Source of the DNA: Amoebophrya sp. A120
Lineage: Eukaryota; Protista; Dinoflagellata
DNA: 64,000 nucleotides
Assembly: GCA_905178155.1 (NCBI GenBank)
Contig: CAJINV010000002.1
Span: 11,951,327-12,015,326 of the forward strand
Direction of reading: 5' to 3'
Below, in pieces: positions 1 through 13,535 of the stretch; the stretch's first letter is position 1; every line of letters starts with the position of its first letter. The position numbers were made by a program, and so were the translations under genes. Under the pieces are notes generated by a model. The model was not told where the DNA came from, did no database searches, and was given only the letters and a program-made list of their open reading frames with translations.

Positions 1-3000
1 ATAGATTCCAGGCCCTGGCTGCCGTTATGGGCCCACTTCCACAACGCCGAAAATTGGATCGAGTCGATACCCCCGTCGTCCGATTCGATCCAAAAATCTG
101 GGCAAAAGTTGAAACATAAACGAGAAAAAGCAGGAGCCGGCGCCTCAGATAGATCCCAGGCTCTGACTGCCGTTATGGGCCCACTTCCACAACGCCGGAA
201 ATTGGACCGAATCGATACCCCCGCCGTCCGATTCGATCCGAAAATCTGGGCAAAAGTTGAAGCAGAAACGAGAAAAAGCAGGAGCCCGCGCGTCAGATAG
301 ATCCCAGGCTCTGGCTGCCCTTATGGGCCCACTTCCGCAACGCCGGAAATTGGATCGAATCGATACCCCCGGCGTCCGATTCGCTCCAAAAATCTGGGCA
401 AAAGTTGAAACATAAGCGCGAAAAAGCAGGAGCCGGCTCTGCAGACAGATTCCAGGCTCTGACTGCCGTTATGGGCCCACTTCGTTCCACAACGCCGGAA
501 ATTGGATCGAATCGATACCCCCGGCGTCCGATTCAGTCCATTCACCAACGCGAAAAAGCAGGAGCCGGCGCTTCGGATAGATTCCAGGCTCTGGCTGCCC
601 TTATGGGCCCACTTTCACAACGCCGAGAATTGGATCGAATCGATACCCCCCTTCGTCCGATTCGATCCGAGAATCTGGGCAAAAGTTGAAACAGAAACGC
701 GAAAAAGCAGGGGCCGGCGCTGCAGATAGCACCCAGGCTCTGACTGCCGTCATGGGCCCACTTCCACAACGCCGCGAATTGGATCGAATCGATACCCCCG
801 CCGTCCGATTCGATCCAAAAATCTGGGCAAAAGTTGAAACATAAACAAGAAAAAGCAGGCGCCGGCGCTTCAGATAGATTCCAGGCTCTGACTGCCGTTA
901 TGGGCCCACTTCCACAACCAACGCCGGAAATTGGATCGAATCGATACCCCCGCCGTCCGATTCGATCCGAAAATATGGGCAAAAGTTAAAACAGAAACGA
1001 GAAAAAGCAGGAGCCCGCGCGTCAGATAGATTCCGGGCTCTGGCTGCCCTTATGGGCCAATTTCCGCAACGCCGGAAATTGGATCGAATCGGAATCGATA
1101 CCCCCGGCATCCGATTCGCTCCAAAAATCTGGGCAAAAGTTGAAAGAGAAACGCGAAAAAGCAGGCGCCGGCGCTGCAGATAGATTCCAGGCAATGACTG
1201 CCGTTATGGGCCCACTTCCACAACGCCGAAAATTGGATCGAGTCGATACCCCCGTCGTCCGATTCGATCCAAAAATCTGGGCAAAAGTTGAAACAGAAAC
1301 GCGAAAAAGCAGGAGCCGGCGCTGCAGATAGATTCCAGGCTCTGACTGCCGTTATGGGCCCACTTCCACAACGCCGGAAATTGGATCGAATCGATACCCC
1401 CGTCGTCCGATTCGATCCGAAAATCTGGGCAAAAGTTGAAACAGAAACGAGAAAAAGCAGGAGCCCGCGCTTCAGATAGATTCCAGGCTCTGGCTGCCCT
1501 TATGGGCCCACTTCCGCAACGCCGGAAATTGGATCGAATCGATACCCCCGGCGTCCGATTCGATCCAAAAATCTGGGCAAAAGTTGAAACAGAAACGAGA
1601 AAAAGCAGGAGCCCGCGCCTCAGATAGATCCCAGGCTCTGACTGCCCTTATGGGCCCACTTCCGCAACGCCGGAAATTGGATCGAATCGATACCCCCGGC
1701 GTCCGATTCGATCCAAAAATCTGGGCAAAAGTTGAAACAGAAACGCGAAAAAGCAGGAGCCGGCGCTGCAGACAGATTTCAGGCACTGACTGCCGTTATG
1801 GGCCCACTTTCACAACGCCGGAAATTGGATCGAATCAATAGAATACCCCCGTCGTCCGATTCGGTGCAGAAACCTGGGCAAAAGTTGAAACAGAAACGAG
1901 AAAAAGCAGGAGCCGGCGCCCCAGATAGATTCCAGGCTCTGACTGCCGTTATGGGCCCACTTCCACAACGCCGGAAATTGGACCGAATCGAGACCCCCGG
2001 CGTCCGATTCGATCCAAAAAGCTTGGCAAAAGTGGAAACAGAAACGAGAAAAAGCTGGAGCCCGCGCGTCAGATAGATTCCAGGCTCTGGCTGCCGTTAT
2101 GGGCCCACTTCGTTCGTTCCACCGCGCCGAAAATTGGATCGAATCGAAACCCCCGCCGTCCGATTCGATCCAAAAAGCTGGGCAAAAGTGGAAACAGAAA
2201 CGAGAAAAAGCAGGAGCCCGCACTTGCGATTGATTCCAGGTTCTGGCTGCCCTTATGGGCCCACTTCCGCAACGCCGCAAATTGGATCGAGTCGATACCC
2301 CCGTCGTCCGATTCGATCCAAAAATAAAATCTGGGCAAAAGTTGAAACAGAAACGAGAAAAAGCAGGCGCCGGCGCTTCAGATAGATTCCAGGCTCTGAC
2401 TGCCGTTTTGGGCCCACTTCCACAACGCCGGGAGTTGAAGCGAATCGCTACCCCCGTCGTCCGATTCGATCAAAAAACCTGGGCAAAAGTTGAAACAGAA
2501 ATGAGAAAAAGCAGGAGCCGGCGCGTCAGATAGATTCCAGGCGCTTGCTGCCGTTATGGGCCCACTTCCACAACCCCGAAAATTGGACCGAGCCGATACC
2601 CCCGTAGTCCGATTCGATCCAAAAACCTGGGCAAAAGGTGAAACAGAAACGAGAACAAGCCGGATCCCGTGGCTTCAGATAGATTCCAGGCGCTGGCTTC
2701 CGTTATGGGGCCACTTCCACAACGCCGAGAAGTGAATCGCGTCGATACCTCCGTCGTCCGATTCGATCCAAGAACCTGAGCAAAATTTGAAACAGAAACG
2801 GGAAAAAGCAGGAGCCCGCGCGTCAGATAGATGCCAGGCGCGGGCCCCCGTTATGAGGCCACTTCCACAACGCCGAAAATTTGATCGAATCGATACCCCC
2901 GGCGTCCGATTCGATCCAGAAATCTGAGCAAAGGCGCAAACTACAACAACGAGAAAAAGCAGGAGCCCGCGCGTCAGATAGGTGCCAGGCTCTGCCTCCC

Positions 3001-3235
3001 GTTATGGGGCCACTTGCTTCCAAAGCGCCGCAAATTGAATCGAATCGATGCCCCCGCCGCCCGCTTCGATCTAAAGAAAAAACCTGGGCAAAAGCTGAAA
3101 CAGCAACAAGAAAAAGCAGGAGCCCGCGCCTCAGATAGCTTCCAGGCTCTGACTCTCGTTATGGGAAGCACTTCCACAACGCCGGAAATTGGATCGAGTC
3201 GATTCCCTCGGCATCGCATCCGATTCGATCGGCCG
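1..3235. repeat. Tandem satellite, 148-bp unit, ~22 copies, degenerating towards its right edge
   Basis: The unit start ATAGAT(T/C)CCAGG recurs at 1 and 149; shadow ORFs start at 1140, 1288, 1436, 1584 and 1732 (period 148). Each unit contains the inverted repeat TTGGATCGAATCG-N14-CGATTCGATCCAA. Confidence 0.97.
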
Positions 3236-3636
3236 CCCCGGGCTCGCTTTCTAGTGTCTGGAAAAGGGGGCCCGACGCGTTGCGAGATTCTCCCGCGCTG
3301 CACCATGGAGGTGCTGCGTGATAGTTCTGAGGCGGGGCGTCCATTTGTAGGCGTGTGAGTGTACTAGTGCAATACTCCGGGCGTGGCTCTGGCTTCGACT
3401 TTGGATTTTGTTTGATGTTACTTGTGGACATAGACTAAGACGCTTGGCCTGCTCGCGCCTCGTCGGTCCTACAACCAGAAGTAGAAGATGGACCATGCTA
3501 CCAAACAACAGGAGCGAAAGAAGTTGCTTTTTTGTACATAGTAAGTAGTCTAGTTGTCGACCCTCCACAACCCTTGCTATTTCCGAGTGTCGTGCCTAAA
3601 CCGTAGCAAGATAGATCCTTGCGTCCAAGATAAAGA

Positions 3637-3658
3637 AAGAGAGAGAGAGAGAGAGAGA
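3637..3658. repeat. (GA)n microsatellite
   Basis: AGAGAGAGAG... run read directly. Confidence 0.9.
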
Positions 3659-3852
3659 TGAGTGCGAAAGTGAATTGCTGAAGTTAAGAAGAAATTGAGG
3701 AAGAAGGGAGCATACTTTTACTGTCTAGTTCATCACCAATCATCTGCGCTCTGTCAGGGCTTGAGTATGATAGGTGGATCGTAGAAGAAGTTGCTACGAT
3801 CCCTAGTATTTCTTGGCTTGATTCTAATCCTAGTCTTTTTTTTATCGACCGT

Positions 3853-4542
3853 ATGTATGATCTTATCGACGGTCGCGACTTCTTCAACAGGTCACGTCAA
3901 GGTCATCGCTTCGTTGCGGACATTCTGCAGAAGCGGGACTCTCTGAATCTGGAACAAGGTCGGAAGGCTGGAGCTGGTGAGACAGCGCTCCTCGACTTCT
4001 GCGACACGATTACCAACAACCTTTTCGCCGTGAACAGACTAGCAACAGCGCTACAACTCAAGACGCGTTTTGTGCAGCCAAGGTTCGCGACGGAGTTTGG
4101 AATCATCGACGGGTTTCTCTTTCGTGGCACGAAGAACGAAACCAAGGACGTTCTGCAAGAGGTGGGCCGCATCATCCGGGCAATGAAAACGCGACTGCAT
4201 CGCGATTTGCGCCCTGTTGCGGACGATCTCCAGCTCATTCGGGACGAATTTGCGAGACATAAACTCCACTGTACCCGCTTCGCGGAAACCATTGACTCTC
4301 TCCGAACGTTGGCGACACGCATCGGTGTCGATCACGACGTCCAGACGCTGGATGACCTCGGCATCCGTCAGGATTTTGAAGATGAGCTGAAGAATTGGAT
4401 CAGCTCGAAACGTCCAAGAATCCCCTGGGAACTGAACTGGTCCGATGTGATGGAGATGTGGAATGTGCAGGAGCTACCGGACGGCGACACACCCGTGAAG
4501 GAATGGGAAGCGAGAGGATTTGATTCCCAGTTGCAGTTCTGA
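3853..4542 (+). CDS. Hypothetical protein, 229 aa (helical, no recognised family)
   Basis: Uninterrupted ATG-TGA ORF with protein-like composition; no motif recognised. Confidence 0.5.
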   Translation: MYDLIDGRDFFNRSRQGHRFVADILQKRDSLNLEQGRKAGAGETALLDFCDTITNNLFAVNRLATALQLKTRFVQPRFATEFGIIDGFLFRGTKNETKDVLQEVGRIIRAMKTRLHRDLRPVADDLQLIRDEFARHKLHCTRFAETIDSLRTLATRIGVDHDVQTLDDLGIRQDFEDELKNWISSKRPRIPWELNWSDVMEMWNVQELPDGDTPVKEWEARGFDSQLQF

Positions 4543-7500
4543 CCACAGCCCGTTGAACTCTTACGGACGCCTCGGCTAAGGCGGAACGCAGTGAATTTGA
4601 CGAATCTTCAGCGAATGCGAAGGGCCGGCTCTCAATGAGCAGCGAACAATGTCACGAGTGGTTGTTCGGGAAAGAGAAACCGAAGTCGGACAATAGACGC
4701 GATAGCGAGGAATTAAGTGCCCTGTTCTGCACACCCGAGTCGCAGCAGAGATAAACCACAAGCAGAAGTGCGCTTGAATAGAAGTAATTAATATTCTTTC
4801 TTGAGTGAACAAGCGATGGGAATCTGATTCCGAAAAGTCAAAGGGACAACTTTATTTCCCCCAGTCGATTCACTTTCACACAGGAAGAACGATGGCCAAC
4901 ACTAGTAGTGAGAGTCAGAGTGACAATGAATCTCTGTAAAAATGTTGCGCCCCCACTTGAACATCTAGATCTACTCTCGCCTTTCGTCCAGTGGAAATGT
5001 TGAAGCAGAAGCTTTGGGATATTGTGACTCCTGATTCTGATTGTCTCCGGAGCAGGATAGGTGTATTTCTTCGCCCCTACGCCTACATACAAATGAGAGC
5101 TGTGTTGAAGGCATTCGCGAGTCGCGGGAATCGCAAGCAAGTTCTTCTTCGGTGAGAAGGCCGCTCCCGGGGTGCTTTTCATCCTGGCTGCGAGACCAAC
5201 AGATGTGACAGATTGATTGGCGTCGCGACTGTTGTGTTTTGAAGTTGAAGCTGTTCACGAAGTTTACTACGAGGAACGCAAAGGGCCCGCTTACGTAAAC
5301 AATTGCGCGGTCCGCCGCTTGAGAGATGACGATGAGCGCACAGAATCGAAGTATAGTTATACTGTTTTTTGTTCTGTGTTTCATCACATTGCGGAGCGTT
5401 ACCTTCTACATCTGAGGCGCAACTTGAGTTGCTACTCTTCTCTTGTAGTTCCAGTTTTTTTTTTTGAAATGCGCTCGCGTTTTGTTCGCTTTCCCTTTGA
5501 TTACGTGTGCGAGGTGTCAGAAAAAATGCACTGAGCGAAGCAAAACAAGATGCCACTGCGCGAAGTATGTAAGAGCCGAGGGGTCACACGCTAACTACGC
5601 CTGATGATAAATGTAAAACGTCCCGCGTTATACTTATTTATATTTTCGTTTTTTGATAAGCAGAAGCAAGTCTACTTCTAATCAAGGCCAAGCACGCCCG
5701 GCCGCTTCGATACTGTCGTAGACACGACCCCTCCATCGATTGCAAAGTCGCGGTGAGTGGCTCTGAAGCTTTCATCAATCTGCGACTACTTTCGTGTCTT
5801 CTTTTTGAGAGGAAAGCTCGAGGTCGAGATTGTCGGCAGCAAATCTCTCTGGTGCGATCCAATTCGGGAGCGTCGCCCGCCATTCCTCTTTAAGTATTAC
5901 TATTGATGTATTTTGTAACTTCGACGAAGTGATGAGGACTTCCAGTTCCATGACAGGACCTCTTCCCGCTCTTGAAGAACTTCGAAGCCAACTCTACCAC
6001 CACTGATTGAGCTACGTCCTTTACAAGCAGGAAACACAAGGGCCGGACTTAGAGCGGTTTATCTTGTTGTCACTTCGTATGAGCGTAGGAGCACAGAAGT
6101 CTTCGTTTCTTTGCGAGCTCAGGTGTTTTTTCTTCTATATTAAATCTAGTTTTTCTTCAACCTAGTTTTTTCTTCCATATTGATTTCATTTATTTTGTCT
6201 TTGCCTATACGACGAAGGTCAGTAGTCGGTAAGCTAGCAATCGTTGCAATACGGTGCTAGGACGCACACAAGAATGTCTGCACGCGCTGACGGGGCTTGT
6301 AGGGGCTTCCCGGGGGTCGGCAACAGCGACGCTGCGCGTTTGTTTGCAGCGCAGTTGAGTCAATATGTAAGGTTTGTAAGCCAAAATCCGCTGATTTTCT
6401 TATGTGTACTCGCTACGATAGTGGTGGACGTAGCAGCCATGTTCACACTGGGTTTCATACTCAGCCGCAGCAAGACATCATACTCAGATGTCTTGCTGCA
6501 GTACAGCGTTGTTGCAGCACTGCTGTTTGACTTCACGAGTGTCGTAATTTTGCGGCCACACTACGTCCGACTGCACTGGCAAGCGATGAGCCACCTGAAA
6601 CCAGACACCGTATCTAGTTTTTTCCATGTTTGATTGTGTTACATGTTCTGAAGCAAGGCACATGCCTCGAGGACGCAGAACCAAGGAAACAAAATGAGTC
6701 GCGCAAGCTGCGGCAAGAGCAGCAAGAAACTACAGCAGTGATTTTTCGTGAAGCATGGAAAAACATGAGAAAAAAAACTACCCCACAGATCTACCACGTG
6801 CGAAAACTCGAGCTGCTTCATGGCATGGCGCAAGGTTTGGTCGGATGCCTTTGTTGTGGCCAGTATTTCCTGCATCTGCAAGAAGCTGGGGGTGACTTGG
6901 CGTTCGGTCCGCAGGTACTATTCATTGTTATGCAGGTAAACCTAGTACGACTACGTCAAGTCTCTTTCGTAGGATAATTGCCTTTCAGAAACTTTGACTC
7001 ACGTACAAAGGACAATTAAGGTCATGATACTCACTCTTTAATACGACATTCTTCAAACGGAGTCCGCGTCAGAACCTCCAAAAGGTTTTTGATTGAGAAG
7101 AAAGCCTCCTGAAGGTTTTTGAGGTATGTGATCTTCTGAAGGTTTATCTGAAGGTCTGCCTTTCGTTCCAAACCTGAAGCCTTCTCAAAGTTGAAGCTCA
7201 AAAATGTCGCTTCTGATCACAAAACTCCGAAGATGTGGCGCAGTCCTTTTGTGACCTTCAGAAGATCAAAAAGCCCTCTGAACACTGAAAGGCTTCTGAA
7301 GGTTGGGACTGCCTCCCAAGAGGGCTACCTATTTTTGTAGCAGAAGCAGCGCCTTTTTTTTTGCGTTTCCATTTTTGCAGGCAGCTGAAGGTCAAAAATA
7401 ACCGTTGCAAGGTCTTCTGAAAGTTGCGCCAGGCCATGACGTAGCAGAACTGCCAAAAGCGGCCACTTTATTTTGGCTGTTTCTGGGCAATTTAGGACAA

Positions 7501-10301
7501 GCCAAAAACAGCTACAGTACTTCTGTGATGAAAGCGCGGCTTTCGCTACTTTGACTCTAACCATACCCAAAAGCTATTCAACATAGCAAAAGCTGGAGCT
7601 TTGGTTTCCCTCTATTACTATTTAGCCGGCCTCTTAGCTTTTTCCGCATTCATTCTTGTAGGTCCTCCGAGAGATGATGATGAAGCAACAACTTTAGTAA
7701 AAGGGAGAGAGCCGAGCTGGAGCTGGGAGATGCTTCCAAGTCAAGCATACAGCTTGACCTTAATAGATCTTGATGAAGTAGCCGGAGAGCTATTTTGAAT
7801 AGTTTTCGCGTTTTTTGCGTTCTTATTTTCTATTTCTAATATATGATGAATATAAGCTTGCGAGCCTTCATCTAACGTCGTGACTTTTTTTGCGCTCTAT
7901 CACGAAAAACGGTCCGCAGTTAAAACTGAGTTTTGAAACGACCGGAAGTGTTTCTGCATATTTTCATCCTGGGGAAGTAGTATCAAGTAAATGAAACATA
8001 CCGGGCGGCATGAATTCTCTCACTTTTCGTCTGGAACAGCGACGCGGCGGAGCCGGAAAAAGTGCCGCCGACATGGAGTCGGCCGATTTGGGACGCCCAT
8101 ACAGGGGCGCAAAAACGGGCAGTGAGAGAAAGGAAGCGAATCCGCATTGGTTTGCCTCGCCTTTCCTTTTTGCTCTACAGCTAGCTTTCAAGACAAAAAG
8201 ACGGCCAGAAAAGTTGAAGTCGGCAGCTCTCTTGTTACGCGTGATGAAGCATGCCAAGAGATGCCGTTTCGCGGTTAAGAGCAAAGCCATCGAAGCTAAG
8301 CGTGCCGCGCGATCTTGCCGAAGTAGGGACTGGTCCTGAGTTTTGGGGCTTAGCATGAGGCGTAGGCTTTTGGTTTGGAATGTTTTCCAGAAGCTTCGCA
8401 CGCCACCAGAAACTGAAAGCCAAGCCTCGTGCTGCGGACACATAGCCATAAGATTTTCGGCGCCCCTGGGTGGGGGGGACCCTGGACAGGAGTAGCATTC
8501 GGGAAGGGATTTCGCTTGCCACAGGAGCAAGGCCGCGTACGCGACCGCTACTCGCGAAATTTGATATAGCGCTAATACATGAAGATAGATGTTGTTGTTC
8601 CACTTCCATGTTGTTGTCAAGAAAAACTCGGGTCATAACACATAGCGATAATTTTCACAGGTTCTTTTGCGAGACCTTTGCTTGGTGATGGGTATCGTCA
8701 CCATATTCACACTGCTTCTAGACCTAACCACTGTTGTGTGCAGATTAATTCTGCGTTTCCCCGGCGATCCCGAAGAGGAATTCCTGGCATACCTGAGTGC
8801 AGTGCTTGTTCGGCTTCTGCCGAATCTCTGCTGTCTGGGACTAGTTAGCGTCGCAGCGGCTGCGACGCCAAGTAGTTTGGGCGAGCAAGGTGGTTCGAGA
8901 ACCGGTAGTGCCCAGGCGGCGAAAGTTTTCGTTTTCTTGGTCATTGGGACGCTGTTGGCCGACGGCGTAATGGTACACGTGTTAGCCTCGTCAATATAAT
9001 CAATTTTGATGACCCAACAGACCGCATGCGCATCGATTTTGATACTGCACAACAAGCATGTCACGAACTGGTTGTGGTCTCGTGAAGAAGCACAAGCTTT
9101 GATTTTCGGGCTTTCGTTAATTTTTTTTTCCTGTTGCCAGTTCGATTTCATTTTCGGCACACCTTGGCAATTAAATACGCAGTGGTGCATAGACGAAGAA
9201 GATGCCTGCCACGGGTTCTACGAGGCCACTTACACTTTGGTGATGAACCATAATTGTTTTTCCCTGTATGATCTTTCTGAGTCGCAACTCTAACCACTCA
9301 TGCCCAGGTGATCAGGAAGACGCATGCCGATTCGGAGTCAGATTGGAACTGGGTTAATACGATGTCCGGTATTTGAATAATTTAGATGGCGTCGTAGGAC
9401 GTAGTAGCACCTTGCGCCTGCCAATTTTTATCTTTATTTTTGACATTTCATCCAGATGATCTGGATCATTTTCCACCAAAATTGTCCTTGAAATCCAGCA
9501 TGCCCTTTCCGAACAACAGCTCACGACCGCCTGCCTCTGTTGCCCAGAAGTGGACCACGACAGAATTGATCGACGACACCGTGGAGAGACATTCCAGTGA
9601 TGCGGCGTTAATATAGCATGAGATAGCTTTCTACTTGTGAATGAGCTTCAGCCTAGTAGAGCTAAATTTTCTATATCGCTTTCCGCTTTGCAAATTGATA
9701 ACGCTATGTATATCTATATGAAACATTGACTGAGCTAGTTTAACCAAAAACTTCTCCAAACCAATTGAGATTGAAGAAGGTGATTCTGCAAGTGAAATAA
9801 AATTACTTTTGACTTTACGTGGGTCATCATCTTCATCAAGAAGTTTCCTCCACTTATTCTGCTCTTCGGCAAAATTGGCTGTGTCCCAAATGGATGATGT
9901 TGAGCTCCTAATCCGAATCATCCCCGTCGAATTTACCCTGTACTCGAACTGTAGGTTTGAGTTGAACAGACGACCTTTTTTCAGTCATCATTAAATTTGT
10001 CGAGCACCTCTGACTTGTGTGTGTCCGACTGTGAGCTACGATGTATAATACGCATTTTTTTCCTCTTTTCACCTCATGCTATCGGCTACTGTGCACTGAA
10101 CAATGGACACTCACCTACTTATTTTGATTTTGCGTGTGGCGCTATCAAAATCTAATCAATCGCCAGAGTATGATAGCTGCCCGCTTTATTTGATCTCGGC
10201 CGTCCGCTCATTTTATTGTTTTTTGGTAGCAAGCTAATACAGTACCGAACTACAAGAAGCTTGCGCCATATTGTTTTTGTATGATTGCTTACAGCGAGCT
10301 G

Positions 10302-10760
10302 CTTTTCAATTTGAACTCCAGGTTTAGCGACACAGAACTACTTTTGACTTTAATATGCAGGTAAAGTATTTTCGTGATGATATTTCTTCTCGTGAGCGTC
10401 CTACCGAATGAAGCAAAACTATCTAGTATATATGATTGCGTGCCAGCGCCAGGTGGAGCTCCAGCAAGTGCAATTCGAACTCCAAATGAATTCAAGCTGC
10501 TCCGCGAACTTTGGGCTTGAGCTGAACAGATGATCTTTTTCCAGTCAGCATCATCAAACCTCAAGAATAGATTTTCGCTGCACTTGTTTCCTTTCTATAA
10601 TTTGTATTGTCATCTTACTTATCGCATGATCGATGATCATTGGTCGCTTTTCTTCTCGGCCGTTCGCCTATTTCTTATATGTGTGATTGGTTAGTTTTCA
10701 ATATCTCTATTAGTGTGATTATTGAACACTTTTGAATTTGAGCTCCAGGTTTAGCGACAC
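10302..10760. repeat. Pair of 32-bp direct repeats (10302-10333, 10729-10760)
   Basis: CTTTTCAATTTGAACTCCAGGTTTAGCGACAC vs CTTTTGAATTTGAGCTCCAGGTTTAGCGACAC (2 mismatches). Confidence 0.75.
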
Positions 10761-12035
10761 GGAGGCTTGCAAGTATTTGCCGTGGCTTGCTACAGAAGTC
10801 AAACCAATCCGCTACATATATATATTAAATGAAAAGCAAAAGATGCCAATGCCTTGCTACTTTGTTTTATTTCAAAACCACGCGTGTTCATGTTCTTGTG
10901 CGCCATTTGTGAGAGCACTGACTCGCAAGAAAATACTTGAGAGACTTGACAGCTGTTGCTATCAGTGAGACCGCTGCGCCCATTTCCATTATTCGAGCAA
11001 GAATTCAATGGCTGGAGCCGCAGATCATGATCGATCTGCAACGGGGCGCAGGTTTAGGCCGGTGCTTCAGGCGCCAGTGATGACGTTCGCACTTACCAGC
11101 TGACCACCAGAAAACGTACAAGCGAACACTTGCTCGCTCTTCCTTCTCCTTCTCCTTCGCCCTCTTTAGGTCCCCATGCTCTTCTTCCTCTCTTGAAAAA
11201 TAAAATTATCAGCGATTTAGGTGTGCTTTTATCTATTATTTTTAGTTGTTTTATTATGATTTTATGTTTACTTTGCTATGCTTATTGTTGTATTTCTCCT
11301 CTCTGAATAGTTTGTGCTTGGAGGGTTCATGTTCATCTTCATTTATCATACATGATGACAATTCAGCAGCGCATCGCCATGGTGAGAGTACGCTGGCTGC
11401 ATGGATAGGCATTACTAGAACGTGAATGCCGTGGCAGCGCGGAAGGGGTTGGATGTTGAGAAAATGAATAAAATTCGAATCGAAGGCTCTAAAGTCAGTG
11501 AGCCGAGCCCGAGCTTTGGATCACCTTCGAACGCATTCTTGTGACTGTCTTCGCATTTCGACTTGCATCCAATCCGTGGATGGTTGTGACTGCCATTATT
11601 TGTGTCGATTGATCGTTGGTGTGGACGACATGTTGATATCTTCTGTATTCACTTTCACAGCACTAGGGTTGTCATGATTCGATCCTTTTTTTTTGTTTTG
11701 TTCTTTTCTCTTCTAAAAACGTGAGTGAGTAGAATTAGCGCTTCATAGGTTTCTACAGCTCTAATTCTTCTTGGTAGCCATCGTAGTCGCTTGTTTGTTT
11801 TGTAGCGATTGACAGTATTATCTATGCATTGTGTAGGACATAGACATTGAGTGCAAGACGAGTTAACTAAAGCTTCTAGCTGAATCCAAATCGGGCCAGA
11901 TTGTTCATTCAACCTGGATCTGCAAAGAAGTCAAGTGTTGACGTGTGAGCATGTCGAGGTTCCTGGGGACAGGTTGAGGTCTCGCTCTTGTCTAGCCCTC
12001 TCTTAAGTAGAAGAGCTTGAGTTTGAAATATTCCC

Positions 12036-13476
12036 ATGGACGAGGCCGGGGAGCTTATCGGCGGACTTCTGGTTGGAGGCGCCGCTCTTCTCGGTTTCCA
12101 GCTGCATCACGTTAGGGACCGTTGGCAGCATGTGGCTCATCATGGTGGTGAAGTTGTCGAAGAGAGAAGCTCAAAGGGTTCATCATCTTCGTCGACATCT
12201 ACCAGCGGAAGCGCCGAGGCGGGTTTCGCTTCGGGTTCGGTGGAGCCCGAGACTTTGGCGCTGTTTGTCGAACAGGACGGCACCACACACGGCAGCTCTG
12301 CCTCCAGTAATGAGCAAAGCCAAGGTGGGGGTGGTGCGCTAGTTGAGCAGATTGCGGAGGTCGTGGCACCGTCTACTGAGATACAACACCATCACCATGC
12401 GGAAAGTCTCACGTCGGTACTGTCAACGAATTCGTCGACTCCACCGCCAATTCCTGCTCCACCTACAACAAAGAATATCACGACCGCGTGCCAGCAGAGG
12501 TTAGTTGGTGATGGGAATACGGACGCACTTTCTGCATCGAGTGTGAGTGACGGCTCTTGTCCGGAACCGGATGGTCGTGCCGCTACAGTCTCATCTGAAA
12601 CGCAGAGCGGTAATCGATGTCCCTTTTCTCCGTACCGGAAACTCGGCGATTTTTTTCTAAGTGTGGTCTACTGCATCTAATCTACCTAATGTTGTTGTTC
12701 CTCTTCCTGTTAGTCTGCAATATTGAATATTCACATCTGCTGCAAATAAAAAAGGGCGACCAGCCGAACACGATTCCGGAGCACTAGCAACGGCTTCCGG
12801 AAGCGACGGCTCTCCGCCTGCGGTAAATCCAACTCTGTCCACGGCTGTAAACAAACTACGAGATGAAGGAGTAATGTCTTTCGACATCGGGGCAACCGAA
12901 GCTGCGTCCGCCTCCTCGCTACTCGCCCAGATGCGCATCGCCGACAGTCACAAAAGTTTCCCCCTTGCTTCAAACGCAACCGGAACCGCCGTGACGTGGT
13001 CGGCAATGAAGAAGTGGATGTCTTCTCCTTCGCGCCCTCTGTCTTCTGTGTCGCATCACCAAGGAGATCAGCAATCCAATACTGCCAAATCACTTCCCGA
13101 CTTCAGAGCCGAGAGCAGTAATTTGACAAATAACAGCATGCCTGCTAACGCCAAACAGCGGAAGCACGGCCGTCAAAGCTGGGCCATTTCCAGCACGGAC
13201 ACAGTTTTGTATAAAAACGAGACGGAGACAACCATCAGTAGAAAGGGGCGCGTATATCATCTTCATCATGAGGACAAGGAAGAAACCGCTTTTATTCCGC
13301 GGAGAATATCAATACCATCGACAAAGATTCACGACGCTGATGCAAAGGATAAGAACCCGGCTGAACTTGAAGTTGAACTTGAAAGCCGCAATAAGAGTCA
13401 TCTCAGCATCAACTTCAACACCAGCACAGGGGATGGGATTGCTACCTCGACCTTGACTACGTCGGTGATGTGGTAA
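12036..13476 (+). CDS. Ser/Thr-rich low-complexity protein with N-terminal hydrophobic anchor; 2 exons (12036-12609, 12755-13476)
   Basis: ORFs 12036 and 12874 are joined in frame by a phase-1 GT-AG intron at 12610-12754. The N-terminus reads LIGGLLVGGAALLGF. The gene may continue via the GTAAGT at 13473. Confidence 0.55.
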
Positions 13477-13535
13477 GTACTTCACTTTTCGTGTTTTTTT
13501 GTATGTTTTACCTTTATTTCATTTTCACCTAATTT

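Noticed and set aside
1-3358. Many short ORFs and a CRISPR-like appearance in the 148-bp array
   Set aside because: The whole unit repeats with no unique spacers and no cas genes. The unit length is not a multiple of 3, so the ORFs are shadows of the satellite.
7060-7310. CTGAAGG/CCTTCAG-rich stretch with internal inverted repeats
   Set aside because: No definable ends or TSD; treated as low-complexity decayed repeat.
7575-7801. TATTCAACATAGC…GCTATTTTGAATA as another introner
   Set aside because: The IR is short, there is no flanking direct repeat (AAAGC/GTTTT) and no interrupted ORF; at most a decayed MITE.
8045-8062. 17-bp match (CGGCGGAGCCGGAAAAA) to ~52211-52227 in the SL insert
   Set aside because: The similarity does not extend on either side, which is insufficient to claim homology.
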